A stretch of 63,870 bases of DNA, the filler included, from Dugesia japonica (Eukaryota): NCBI GenBank assembly GCA_001938525.1. It is 5 parts of 5 records of this genome, joined end to end, with 100 filler letters (N's around TTAATTAATTAA, not from the genome) between each part and the next. Parts side by side here need not be neighbours in the genome. Positions count along the whole stretch, not along the records: positions 40,159 to 54,784 come from MQRL01608100.1; 4 more parts are not named here. The stretch is one strand, 5' to 3'. Of the stretch, positions 41,590 to 54,042 are shown one piece after another. The position numbers and the translations under genes were made by a program. The notes beneath the pieces are model-generated. The model ran no database searches and had not been told where the DNA came from. It saw nothing but the letters and a program-made list of their open reading frames with translations. The stretch's first letter is position 1, and each line of letters opens with the position of its first letter.

Positions 41590-42330
41590 TATTGTGAGAA
41601 TAATTGTTGGACTTAACCATTGATCGCATTTGAGATTTCATTAAAATAAGAAAAGGCTTCGATCAAAATAAAATTTATTTGTAAAAATGTTCAAATTTTC
41701 GACAATAGTCTTCNTCAGGAACATGTTGGCTTCTTGAGATATTCAATACAATAGATCTTTGTTACTCAATTCTTCAAGTTTTATCGAAATTTTATTTGTT
41801 AATTTTTTTTATACTTTTAGTTTTAAATTTTAATGATTTTAATTTTATTTTTTAAATCAACTCAACTCAAAAAATTTCAAAAATAATTTGTTTTTATGAA
41901 TTAATATAGAAAAGTCTATTAGGTATTTTAGATATATTATATTTAGAATTTTTTAATAATAATTTTTTGTAATTATTTCATAAATTTATTTCATAGATTT
42001 CTGTTGAAAGTGTTTGAAGACTTCACTTTCTTTCTGTTTCAGATGTTCTTCAATTCTTGTACGGATGGTTCTGCATTTTTCTCTTATATATTTTTCCTTA
42101 TATAAGGTGCATGTTATTTTTTAAGTGATATTTTTTAATTGCATATTTTTCTCTATCATCACAAATGCATTTAGGACCACAAAAATTCTGTCTTGGTTTC
42201 TGTAATTGGATATTGTTTGCAATAAATGTAATTTTTTGAAATTTCCAAAATTTGTTATTCGTATATACAAGTAAAATCTTTAGTAATTTTTCAAACTTAT
42301 AAAGAAACATGTGACAACATTTGTATATCT
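41590..42330 (-). mobile_element. Penelope-like remnant, inverted copy of ~32760-33420
   Basis: IQLQKPRQNFCGPKCICDD matches the 32.8-kb copy; flanking non-coding similarity to 33290-33420. Confidence 0.7.
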
Positions 42331-43943
42331 TCTATCTAGACCCAAATCAATCATTAAATTTGATACATTTATTTAACCTTACTAACCTGATACAGTCAGT
42401 AAACCTAGTATATTCTTTAAACATATGGTAAAGTAAAACTAGTGTAGTCAGTAGGACGAAATTGCAATATTCTCTCATAAACTCATTACTTACTTTACCT
42501 AAATCTGTTCAATTCACTTCAAATATACAAATAGCTATTTAATTACTTTATTAGATACCCCCCAATACATTCAACTCATATACTTTATCAAAGAATCTTT
42601 ATATCAAACACTTCAAAACGAAAGAAATAACAAGATTTATTATAAAAGATTTGTTGGGCTGGAACACCAAAAATGGTGAAATAATAGAATATGTAAAGAG
42701 TGGCAATGGTTGCCGAAAATAGAAAAAAGTATACACAAAATTGATGGGCTGGATCAGGAAATTGATTATTATGTACAAGAATATCATTATTATTATTATG
42801 GTCATTATTATTATGTAGTTATTATTATAATAATTATTATGNATTATGCTTAGAAAATATCGAAAAATAAAAATTGGGCGTAGAAGACCCAATTATGGTG
42901 GTACGAAAATGAAAATCATATGCAGAGAAATTGAAATCAAGATGTTGTCAGAAATTAGAAATTTAAATGCAGCGAAAAACGAAAAGAATATGTAGAGCAA
43001 TTAAGATCAAGATGTGTTCAGAAATTTGAAATAATTGGAAGATGTTGAAAAGTGAATGACCAAAATTTGTTGAATCTTATACGAGTAAATAAAGTAGAAA
43101 ATATTGAAAGTTGATAAAGGACCGAGAAGACAAATTTCCAGGATCAGGCGGAAATGTTTCAATGTGAAATGTCGAGTAAAAGTAAAATTAAGGAGTTAGT
43201 CAAATTTTATGGTGAGATATTTGAAGCTTTCAGTAAATTAAAGAGCTTTCATTGATGATAATTTGCCAGGAGCAGACGGAAATGGTCCATGAGAAATGAA
43301 TAAAATTTATTAATGAGTAAAGGAGTCATGAGCTCAACGGAGGAATAAATTACAAGGAGACGAAATAAATTAATGGAGTTTATTGGAGTAATGTGTCAAA
43401 AGTACATCTGGAGAACCTACATTAGCTATGGATTAATGATTACGAGAAAATTGGGTACAAGAGTATGTTAAACTGTTAACCTATATGATTTATAATTGAA
43501 ATTAATAATCTGAGTGGAACTGTTTCGGAACAGTAAATATTGAAATGGGTATTTCAGTAGACGTAAAAAAATAAAATTGCTGCTTATGTATAATAAATTA
43601 CGACGTAATAATGGTAAAATTACGTAAATACGCTGCTAAAGTAATAGAAATCAAGTATGGTAATGTATCGTAGTGTAGTAATTGGTAATTAGGAGTATCA
43701 ATCGGTAGATAAAAGTAGTTAAAAGTAGTCAATTAATAAATGCGGTAATAATATTTGAATGCGTGCAGAAGCCGTAGGGCCATATTATTTAATTTCCGAA
43801 ACAAAAACAATCCACATTCCAATATTCCCAAATTCGAGATAAACCAATCAATCTGCGAATAAACCAAATAAACAATCATAGATAATCAAGGATCCCGATA
43901 CAGTTTTAGAGAAAGTACTGAACATAGAAGATCGTTTGTAATT

Positions 43944-45235
43944 ATGAGACATAATCCAGCCAAAGTAAAGCGATCGGTCTCCTACAACAGACCGTCTCGA
44001 CAATTCAACCCACCTCTATCAATTTCAACATCCAAATCACCTAATTCGTTCCCGTCTAACGACGAGGTACAAGGAGGATTTGATACCATAACCGAACCAA
44101 CCCACTCAAGAGCCGATTCTTAGAAGACATTAATCCGGAAAGTTTATACGAATCTAAATCAGTTATTGAGAGTATAACTACGACAAGAGCATCAAGTAGA
44201 ATTCGTCAATACTCGGAATCTAGTTCGGAATCAAGTAATACTGATACTATGTCAGCCAACAATAAAGAAAAGGAAACCGAGGAGAATTCTAAAATTTCAG
44301 TTGAATTCAGAAATTGAATGATTTTATTGCAGAAGTATACATATATAAGCGTGTCAATGGAGTGACAAGAAAGCAGCAGATCAATCACCTCTATATTTGA
44401 AGGATTCAGCTAAAACTATTTACTGGGATAAAATTAATAGTCGTAAAGAACCCGTTGATACATGGGAAAAGCTAAGGAAGTATTGTTGGAAAATTTCAAG
44501 CCAATAATGTTGCAAGAACAAGAAATTCAAGAGTTCGTTGGTCGAAGACAACTAAGAGATGAAATCTTTCAGGCATACGCAACAGAATTACGTAAACTCG
44601 GCAAATTGGCGATGAAAGATAAGTTGGATGATCCAANAGTGCTCGGTATTTTTATTAAAGGACTTAGAAATGCAGAAGTGAAAAAATGGGTAAATCTATC
44701 TCAGCCCACGACGGTGGACATGGCAATAAACGCGGCGATGGTAGCACATAAAGTGGAAATGAATCAAAAACAAGCCAGTGTCTTTAAAATTGAAGAGCAA
44801 AAAGAGGAAGAGAAAAGCGAACCAAAAATTGCGGATTTTATACCTGCCAGAACTCAACCATTATTAAGAAGACTGTCAGCAGGTCAGAATAGACCACCAG
44901 CATGACAATCAAATAATAATTCAAGATCAACTGGAGGAAATAGATAAGGAGCGTGGCAGCAACCCCAAGGAAGTACCTGTTATAACTGTGGTAAACTCGG
45001 TCATTATGCCAGAGATTGCAGATTGGCAACGATATGTACAAATTGTCAGAAACCAGGACATAAAGCGGAAAATTGCTTCATCACAAAATCCTCAGTGTGT
45101 TATTCATGCAATAAACCGGGTCATACGAGTAGAAATTGTTTCCAGAATAACCAAAGATCTGGCTATAGGAATTCTAATACAAACTACAATAATAAATCAA
45201 GAAACAACCAGGCCATTGGGAAAATGATGGACTAA
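43944..45235 (+). pseudogene. gag: Gag (capsid plus three CCHC zinc knuckles)
   Basis: WSDKKAADQSPLYLKDSAK...TW; RRQ...FQAYATELRKLG...FIKGL; knuckles CYNCGKLGHYARDC, CTNCQKPGHKAENC and CYSCNKPGHTSRNC. Confidence 0.9.
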
Positions 45236-45559
45236 AATGATAAATTAAGGAACCAGATAAAAAATAATCGAAACCAAAATCAACAACAAGTGAATCTAAT
45301 GCAACAAGATAAGCGAAGGTAAGATGAAATAGAGCAGCGAGTATTTGACAAGTTGAAACAAGAGCAGGAATATTTACAATTACAATTAGAGGGATAACAA
45401 GTAGCGAGAGAGAGAATGCAAAAGCGAGAGAATAATCGAGGACAGATAAATATGATGAGAGCACATCCAATGGAAGTTGAGCTATCGGCAAAGGAAACAG
45501 CAAAAAGAGCAACGATAACGAGACAGCTTGAGGATAAAATTGCAATGATCCAAACTTTC

Positions 45560-48500
45560 AAGACAGTAGTTTATCGAGAAGCATATTGGGCAATGATGAA
45601 TCATTTGTTGGAATTAATGGAGTTAGAGGTATTAGATGCGTACACCAGTGAAGTGTGGTTTCTTCAGTCGCAAGAATATGAATCGGAATACAAAACCTGA
45701 TGATTAAAGTATTAATGCTTACGGGCCGGCCATAGATGAAGATTCAACTGAATTAAAATATCAAGAGATACCTAGGAAAATTGTGTTGAAGGATACTACT
45801 GTGAGTGGATTATTACANNNNNNNNNNNNNNNNNNNNNNNNNNNNNNNNNNNNNNNNNNNNNNNNNNAGTATGTTTTGTGTTCTCGAACTAGAGTGATCG
45901 AACAAGATGATGGTAAAGCACATATATCGGAATATGGAGTTTGGCCAGGTAAAACAACAATAAAGTTAATAGATTTAGTAGAAATGCATCGCATTAAACG
46001 ACCATTGTAGTATTATTTTGATTTCAGAACGACCGAGCAAATATTAAAATCATTTGAAAAGAAATATCACAAATATATGGTGTTATAACGGACGGAGTCA
46101 ACAACTACAACCAAAGGAATAAGCAAATTGCAGCAAGGATTTCTGACAGATGTGGTAAAAGAGATCAGACAGCCAATGACCCGGCAAACAAGAGGAGCAG
46201 CAAAAGCAGAAAATACCATGGCTCAAATCAGCATGATAACCAAAAGCGATCCAACGCGATCGAAAGCCCCGATTAGATACAAAACAAGAGTGTATGATTA
46301 TGTAGAAACGGTCATAAAGGATGTTAAATTATTGAAGGATGAATTACCCAGGAAGGCTTATTGGAAATTAATGAATCATTTAGTTGAGTTAGCTGAACCA
46401 GGTCATATTGACACGATGACGGGAGAAAAATGGAGACCAATAATTCTTGAGTGTGAGAAAGAGTTGTTAGAAAACACAACCGTGGAGGATTATAAAATCA
46501 AAGCAATGGAAGCATGGAGACCGGATGAAGATAGAACCGCATTCATTACGATGGATCAGGTTTTGAAGAAAGTATCAATGGCGACAAAGTGGAACATCCA
46601 ACGAGTGTTAAAACCGAAAGGAACGACAGTAACAGACTTAATCGACGTGTTGGAGGAGGTGGAATGGGTAAAACCCATTGGCGAATATATTATCTGTACC
46701 CCAGTGTCAGTAGTTAGTATCAATGATATGAATGTACATATTTACGAATATGGTCTAAAACCTGGAACTACTATAGTAATTACGATGTTAGAAAATCGCA
46801 GAATGCGTTTATATAACGAACTAATTTGGGCTCATTTCTACTTTAGAACAACTGAAAATATAATCATTTCGTTGAATAGATGTCAAATAAAGTATCTTGC
46901 GCCTTTATTAGAAAAGAGAACACCACAGATAACCCGATTAATTGAATTACCTAAAGCGGAAATACCGAGCGTTGTAATGAAAACTACTATAGAAGCTAAC
47001 GATGAAAAGTTATCGAGAACACAGCCAGGACCAGCTAGAGTTTTTATGATGAGATCATTTTCAAGTAAAATACTAAAAAGAGGTAAAAAGGGTGCTAACA
47101 ATCAAGAAATGTGGGAGAAGGAAGTGTGAATGAGCCGCGTGAAACATCAGCTACTGTCAATGAGGACAGTAACGAGGATAACTATCATAATTTAGCTGCA
47201 ATAAATAAATACGTGGGTATTACATTAGAAAGAAAAGAATTAATTCCGAAACAAACTTATTGGAGAATGCTGAATTTAGTTTGGGATGTACACTATCATT
47301 ATGATATATTATGGGAACATTGGAGGAACTAGTCTGAATTAATTAAAGAGTATCAGGAGATGATAGTAGCAACGACAGTTGGATCGGATTTTAGGGTAAA
47401 AATCCACTATCCTACAATGGATGATAATTTGTGCAAGACCATGCAGACGAAAATAGTTGAGGAATTTAAAACTACCAGAGTGGGTGAATTGCGAGCAATA
47501 CTGAGTAAATTGCCTTTGGAGAAAATATTTGAGAAATATCGGATTGTGTGTGATTATACAAAGAGACAAACTGAATAAAAGGGATCAACATGTGATTGAA
47601 TTACGATTGAGACCAGGAGAGATTACTGAATTAACATTGGAATTAGATGACCGAAAATTAGAAACCGAAAAAGTTTGAATTACAATCAATTAGTCGAATT
47701 AGGACAAAAATGAGAAAAGTGTATGTAAATAAAATAGATAAAATGGAATATTTGAGAATCGTTACTGACGAGGAGATCAAGTGGATTGCAGATGCAGAAA
47801 ACGAAAGCGAACCGTGGCAAAGTTTGAAGCGAACTACGGCAAAAATGGCGTTAACAATTTACAAGAATTACAGTCAAATGGCTGAGTTGAATATTCAAGA
47901 GATAATAAACAGATTGAACCAGTTGTGTATGATAGGAAGAAAAGAGTTGTACACCCTTATACATACGTTAACAATAACTCATGCAGACGGCATAACAAAA
48001 CAAGATGTGAAAGTAACAGTGCATTTCCCGGATGAATCAAGTAAAGAGTTTGATATTAAAACGACGACAAACTGGGATAAATTAATAAAGAAAATTATCA
48101 AACATTTGAATAAACAAACAACGAAGGGATAAGAGAATACACCCATTACTAAACGATAGGTTATTGTAGTTTATTGCGGAGGAGAGTGAGGCCATATGAT
48201 GAATGTCTATATTTTTGCAAATGAAGAAAATGAGAGAAACTCGTATACGTTAAAATCAATCAGAGAAAATTTGTGTAGAAAGACAATACGGTATTATGCC
48301 AATAATATCAATCCAAAGTTGACATGGGGATTGCAACTACATAATGATGAAATTGAATTATCAAATTGAGAAACGATAGCGGTAATACAGCAGAGACCAA
48401 TGTTACATCGCCAATACAAATCAAATCAAGAGTTGAGTAGATCACAAGAAATGATAGCTGTAATGACCGGTAAATCGAAAAAAGGTAGTGGAGATTCTGC

Positions 48501-48930
48501 CGATATGATAGATCAATTTTTATAAAAATTCAAGAGAAAAGTATAAACAAAACCAATGTGGAGCATATAGCGGATTAATTATTGCAGAGTGATTTATCAA
48601 TTGAGGAGTTGAGATCATTGACCTACGAAATATCCAGATGTAAAGAGGAATGCAAATGGAGACCAAAACAATTTAAACTGCTGATATCAAGATGGAGAAA
48701 ATGCAAACAAGATGAAGTAGTACCACTTAGATTTAGCTTCAGAATCGTAGAACCAGATGGTCATGAAACGAGAATCTCGAATTTGGCGTACGAGACAGTA
48801 AACCAGATGAAATCTAAAATACCATACAAGTTGCCATATGTACTATTGAACAATCGGGAATTATTGAATAACGATATCATCGGGACGTTGGATATCCGAC
48901 AAAAGGTAGAAAATAAAATGTATATCAAAC
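45560..48930 (+). pseudogene. Array of repeated novel domains: 3x (YWxxxN motif plus ubiquitin-like fold) and 2 further Ubl-like units
   Basis: YREAYWAMMNHL / PRKAYWKLMNHL / PKQTYWRMLNL; HISEYGVWPGKTTI / HIYEYGLKPGTTI / HVIELRLRPGEIT; VTVHFPDESSKEFDI; FRIVEPDGHETRI...ETVNQMKSKI. Confidence 0.55.
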
Positions 48931-49839
48931 CGGAAGGTAGTAAACGATTGATCAGAAGAAAATTACCACCCAATGAAATTAAAAATAAATTGCAATCGGG
49001 ACTAGGATCAAGTCAGACATTGATAAAATCATTTGTACAACCAATGACGCCAGTTAGCACGAGTGAAGTAGTTGCCAAATCAAGAGGACGACCGAGAAAA
49101 TCACAAATCAAGGAGTCAACACCAGAAAATATCACAGAAGATGAAATAGTAGAACAGATTTTTGATCTTGAAGATGAGGTGGATGATGAAGAGATTCAAA
49201 TAACCCAAATGGAACCAGCGACCACGTCAGAGTCAAAAGTACTAATGAAACCAAAAAAGTTGGGAAAATTTAATCCAAATCAACTGGATTTGGATATGGA
49301 GGAAGACGATATATCAGTTAGATTGGACGAAATTGCCGACGAAATAATACCACAAACGGCAATGTTTGAAGAAATGAAAATGACAACGGATAACACGGAT
49401 TGGAAGTACAATTTTGTCAACGGAAAGTAAACAATTAGCAACGATATTAGAACCGATCATAGCCAAATTACCAGTTGCCAAACATACCCTCCTCAAGGAT
49501 CGAGAAACGATGGAAAAAGAAGTACAAGGGGTATTGTCGAATCGCCCGACAATTCCAAAATTATTAGTGGCATTTGCATATTTAGTAAAACAAACGCAAA
49601 TATCAGTTCGTTGTAGGCCAGGAATGAAATTTCAATTAAGAAATCTACCGATAGTCAGGATAACAAATGATCAAATCGAACCGATATTAGTAAAGGTCGG
49701 AGGTTGGAATAGAATAATCGAAAAGACGAAACCAAAAACAAATTCGAGTAAAACATTAAACGAACGAGTCCATGCATTATTAAAAGATTATATCGACGAA
49801 TACGGAACTGAAACGAATCGAAGCACAAGAACCAACAGT

Positions 49840-51751
49840 ATGCAGTCCATGTTCATGGTATTAATATTAATGTTCTTAATGGGCCGAAGTGCAGCAATCC
49901 GAGCTTATGATTGTGATCATATGGATATCGGGGAAACGGTGTATTCATTAATCGATGCAGAGGAATCCCCAGAAGCAAACCCAGAAAAGTTAGAAGTTGT
50001 ACAGAAGTCGATTAGTTATTTTGTGTACCAAGAATCAGATTATTACAAGACAAATGTAAGGGAAAATAAAGTAACAATGTAAGTATTTGTATATTGGTGT
50101 GGAGGAAGTAGTTATTCGGCGGTCATATCCCCAGGTATGGAAGTAATGCATGTTCTCCTTACAAGACAACAGTGCGAATCTGGATTTACAACCGGTAAAA
50201 TACCAGTGGGGAAAGGAAAGATGATTAAGGAGGTCAAAAAGTACAAACCCGTCTGTTCGCAGCAGGATCAATCTGGGATGCTACGGGAACATGTGTACAA
50301 GGGAAATACACTAGCCCTTTAGGTTATGCGACTGGAGTCGTGGCCATAGAAAGTTATAGAGCGGAATTAAAAGAATTTGATGCCTTATTTGATACAACGA
50401 CCAAAACGATGAAGATGTATTCAATGTTTTTAGCCTCAGATAATACGTGTAATACAGGAGAGTCAACTTTAGTATATCAAGTCAATCATCAAGAATGTAC
50501 GATGTCATTTCTTAGAGAGGTTTTGTTCGATGAGTATCGAGGAAAGAAAATTGTTGACTCAGTTAAAGAGGAGAGAATGCCAGCCATCGGAAAAGTAAAC
50601 GTGGAAATGAAGACAAAGGAGGAAGCTCTATTGTCGTCTGATACACGAACCGTATTAATGGCAACCGATGCAAATGATATGATTAGATTAATCCGTAAGA
50701 AATCCGAGGCCAATGTGGAAAAAATGCATATAAAACAAATTACAATAGAATCTTTGTATCAAAGTGGAGACTGGAAAAGGGAAGAGATGGAGTTATGCCT
50801 CAAGATACTAAGTTATATTTATATCTGAATAATAAAGTGGACACTTTGTTCCACCTAGCGCAACAATCTATGGAGCGAATGTATCATGATTTGATCTATA
50901 ATGACTGTTTGTTAAATCGCGAAATATTACGGACAAAATTAGCAACAGCGATAACGAACCCCGACAATGTAACCCCAGTGTTACCATTGTAAGAGGGTCA
51001 TGTCGGGCAAATTGTTGGAGAATTTATGTTCATATATCGATGTAGGAGGGTGGAAGCAATTTTATCCAGAGAGAAAACTTGCTATAATGAGATGGAAATC
51101 AATTATATGGGAGAAAAAAGGTATGTACAACCTATTATAAGAGTAATATCAACAAAAGCATTCGTACCAAACAAACTGTTTTAATTTATTCGAACCCTAC
51201 TTTAAAATGACTAACAATAAATGGATATATTTCCCTGAGAGATTACCTGCAGATACGTTTGTGAGAAATTTTTCAGCATTAGAACTGAAGGCGGGGCGGA
51301 CTTTTAACCCATTAAATGTAGCAGAAGGTGGTATATTCAAATTGGAGGATCTGGAGAAGGCCAGAGAGCACATGTTGTTTCCGGTCAAACGAATGCAAAT
51401 TTTATCTAACCTTGTGTATGTCGCTGGAGGGGCATTTACTCAGAGGGGAGACCGAATTATGAATTATTATTATCACTAGATCACTTTCAACAAGCAACAG
51501 CAAATGTAATGAAGAAGATGTGGGGTCGATTTATAGTTTTCGGACAAGCCATGGCAGGATTATTGGGGATAATCTTTATAGTGCAAATAATAAAAGTATT
51601 ACTGACTCAATTATTAGCGTGTTTCGATTTATACAAAAAGGAAAGGAAAATGTCCTGGACAATGATTATAGGATTATTCCCAGCGTGGGCTAAATCAGTA
51701 GTAATAAATAGTCATTCAAATGACTTGCATAACACCAGAAGGTTATTGTGA
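49840..51751 (+). pseudogene. env: Chuvirus-like (class III) fusion glycoprotein / env
   Basis: Signal peptide then AYDC; YSL; YWCGGSSYSAV; QQC; YLNNK...MYHDLIYNDC...LATAITNP; GE..IYRC..VE...CYNEM...YVQP..RV; GGIF..EDL..R.HMLFP; MWGRFIVFGQAMAGLLGIIFIVQIIK (TM). Motif order matches Jingchuvirales glycoproteins as I recall them. Confidence 0.85.
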
Positions 51752-52499
51752 TATCTGAGTCAATTGGGTGGAAGCGACAGGTAGATAGTTGAACAAATTC
51801 GTGCAATATGTGATGACATGAGAAAGCGAAAAGCAAGGAAGACATCCTATTTTGATGTATTTAAACCATGGAGATGACAAGATAGTAGTAGTGATGATAG
51901 TAAAGATGATTCATATGGCAAACGACAAAGACGAGGAGTAGTACCGAGTTACGGATCTAGAAAGCACCAGAAAGTATTCTAAGTGAATTATCAGAATCAA
52001 TTATCAGATGGGAATATCGCGAAAGATAATATTTGTGACCAGGAGGACAGAAGTGAAATTTATTGCTATGGTTACCCACAAATGGGAGTACAACAGTGTG
52101 AGAATAACAAATAATTTAGTAAATATCAAAGTGATGACTAAAGACAATCTAGGAAAGGAGAGAAATTAAACGAATATCGGAGTGAAGAGGAGCGACATTA
52201 CCGATCTGGAAATGGGAGAGGACGGAAAAATAGTAAAGCATGGAAGCAGCTATAGAATTCAAGTTATGATGCAGAAAATCGAGAATTAATCTACTATCCG
52301 AATGATGAATTACAGTGAATACGCAGACAGCCCGACTTCGAGGAACTTAAACAACGAATTCGAGCAGAGTATGAAGATAAAAAGAAATCTTATAGAGTGA
52401 CAGATAACAAAATTATTGGAACAGCACCACCCGAAGATACAAATTTCAGTATAATATCTGATAGCAAAGAAATAAAAGACAAGGATACCAGAAGCCTTG

Positions 52500-52790
52500 C
52501 GCCAATGACAATATCAGGTGGTAGAGTGTTACTCAAAAAATTGATAATTAACGGTAGAGAAATAGATTGTATGATCGATACAGGAGCGTGTAGATCAATC
52601 ATCGATAAATGAGTGTTGTATGAGGTAGATAAAGCTAGAATGCGTAAAGAAGGAATCCAAATGCTAACGGTAACCGGACAAGCCGTAAATACAGTGCGGA
52701 AATGTGCGCTTTATGCATCCTATGCAAGTAATGCAGAATTTAGTTTTTGATTGTATTGTGGGATTGGATATAATGGGAAGGCGTTTTTCA
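52500..52790 (+). pseudogene. Retropepsin aspartic protease 1
   Basis: LIINGREIDCMIDTGACRSII...LTVTG...FDCIVGLDIM. Confidence 0.88.
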
Positions 52791-52858
52791 GGTGGAAAAT
52801 TAGATTTGAATTTGTGTCAACAACCGAATGAAAGTAAATTAACAATGACTCAGACAAA

Positions 52859-53205
52859 ATGTGTACATTGCAATAAGCGAGGTCATTTATCAAGCAGATG
52901 TTGGAAAGTTGGAAATAATCCAACCTGGTGTATAAATTGTCAACGACCAAACCATACCACTAAAGAATATCNNNNNNNNNNNNNNNNNNNNNNNNNNNNN
53001 NNNNNNNNNNNNNNNNNNNNNAAGTTGGAAATAATCCAACCTGGTGTATAAATTGTCAACGACCAAACCATACCACTAAAGAATATCGCAGTAAATATAA
53101 ACATTGTAAAACTTGCGGGAAAAAGGGGCATTCCGAAATGGAATGTGAGAAATTGAATCGATGTTATGTGTGTGGTTTAATGGGGCATTTATCAAGAGAT
53201 TGTCG
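52859..53205 (+). pseudogene. Second zinc-knuckle cluster (4 CCHC-type)
   Basis: CVHCNKRGHLSSRC, CINCQRPNHTTKEY, CKTCGKKGHSEMEC and CYVCGLMGHLSRDC. Confidence 0.85.
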
Positions 53206-53289
53206 GAGACGAGTTGAACTCAAACCAGAAATCGGAAATACAGTTAAAATTCCTCGAACGAAGAAGAAAGTTTATGTGTGTTTAAACTA

Positions 53290-53599
53290 TTCTGAGACTG
53301 GGAATCGAATACTAATAGATCTAAAAATCAATGGGAGGATATTATCCGCGTTGTTGGATACCGGAGCAACAATATCAGTATTAAATTATAATCTAATATC
53401 ACCAACCAAGTGGCCATANNNNNNNNNNNNNAAATCAGAAATATTTTTAGCGGATGGATGGCAACCAGAAGTGTATGGCAAATTGCGATGTGAAGTTGAG
53501 TATCAGAGGAGAACAGTATCGCATGAAATGACAGTAATGAATATGAGGGAGGATTGTATATTGGGAACGGATCTAATTCCATTATTGATGAAAATGTAG
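53290..53599 (+). pseudogene. Retropepsin aspartic protease 2
   Basis: LKINGRILSALLDTGATISVL...FLADG...EDCILGTDLI. Confidence 0.9.
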
Positions 53600-54042
53600 T
53601 TTTGAATATGACAACATTGAAAATATCGAATTCCAGAGAAAATCTATATATGAAGGATAATGAAGTATATACAAACGAAAAATTGGTGATACCGAGGAGG
53701 AATCAAGTATTTTGTATTGCGAAAACCCAAGCAAACTGTAAAGAGGATATGATTTTTGAACCACTTGAAGGGTTCTCAAAGCGATATAAATTACTAGTGG
53801 CGAGGGAAATAGTAAAAGTGTCTGAAGAGGGCAAAGTGCCAGTGAATGTATTGAATATGACAGAGGAAGATATTACTATTTATTCAAATTCCAAAATCGG
53901 AGTATTAACCCCACTGGAAGACGAAGAGGCGGAAATGAATAATGTGATAAATAATGATTATGAGAAATTAAAAGGAGATATGGCGAAGCGATTGGAAATC
54001 GAGTTACCGACAAACGCATAAGAAGTAGATCAGACATTTAAA

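Noticed and set aside
42310-43943. 5' LTR and PBS of the giant element
   Set aside because: No convincing TG...CA plus tRNA-complementary PBS was found, and there is no second LTR in the window to compare.
52907-53087. Tandem duplication of a zinc knuckle (AAGTTGGAAATAATCC...AAAGAATATC twice)
   Set aside because: Identical sequence on both sides of an N gap indicates unmerged contig overlap; counted once.
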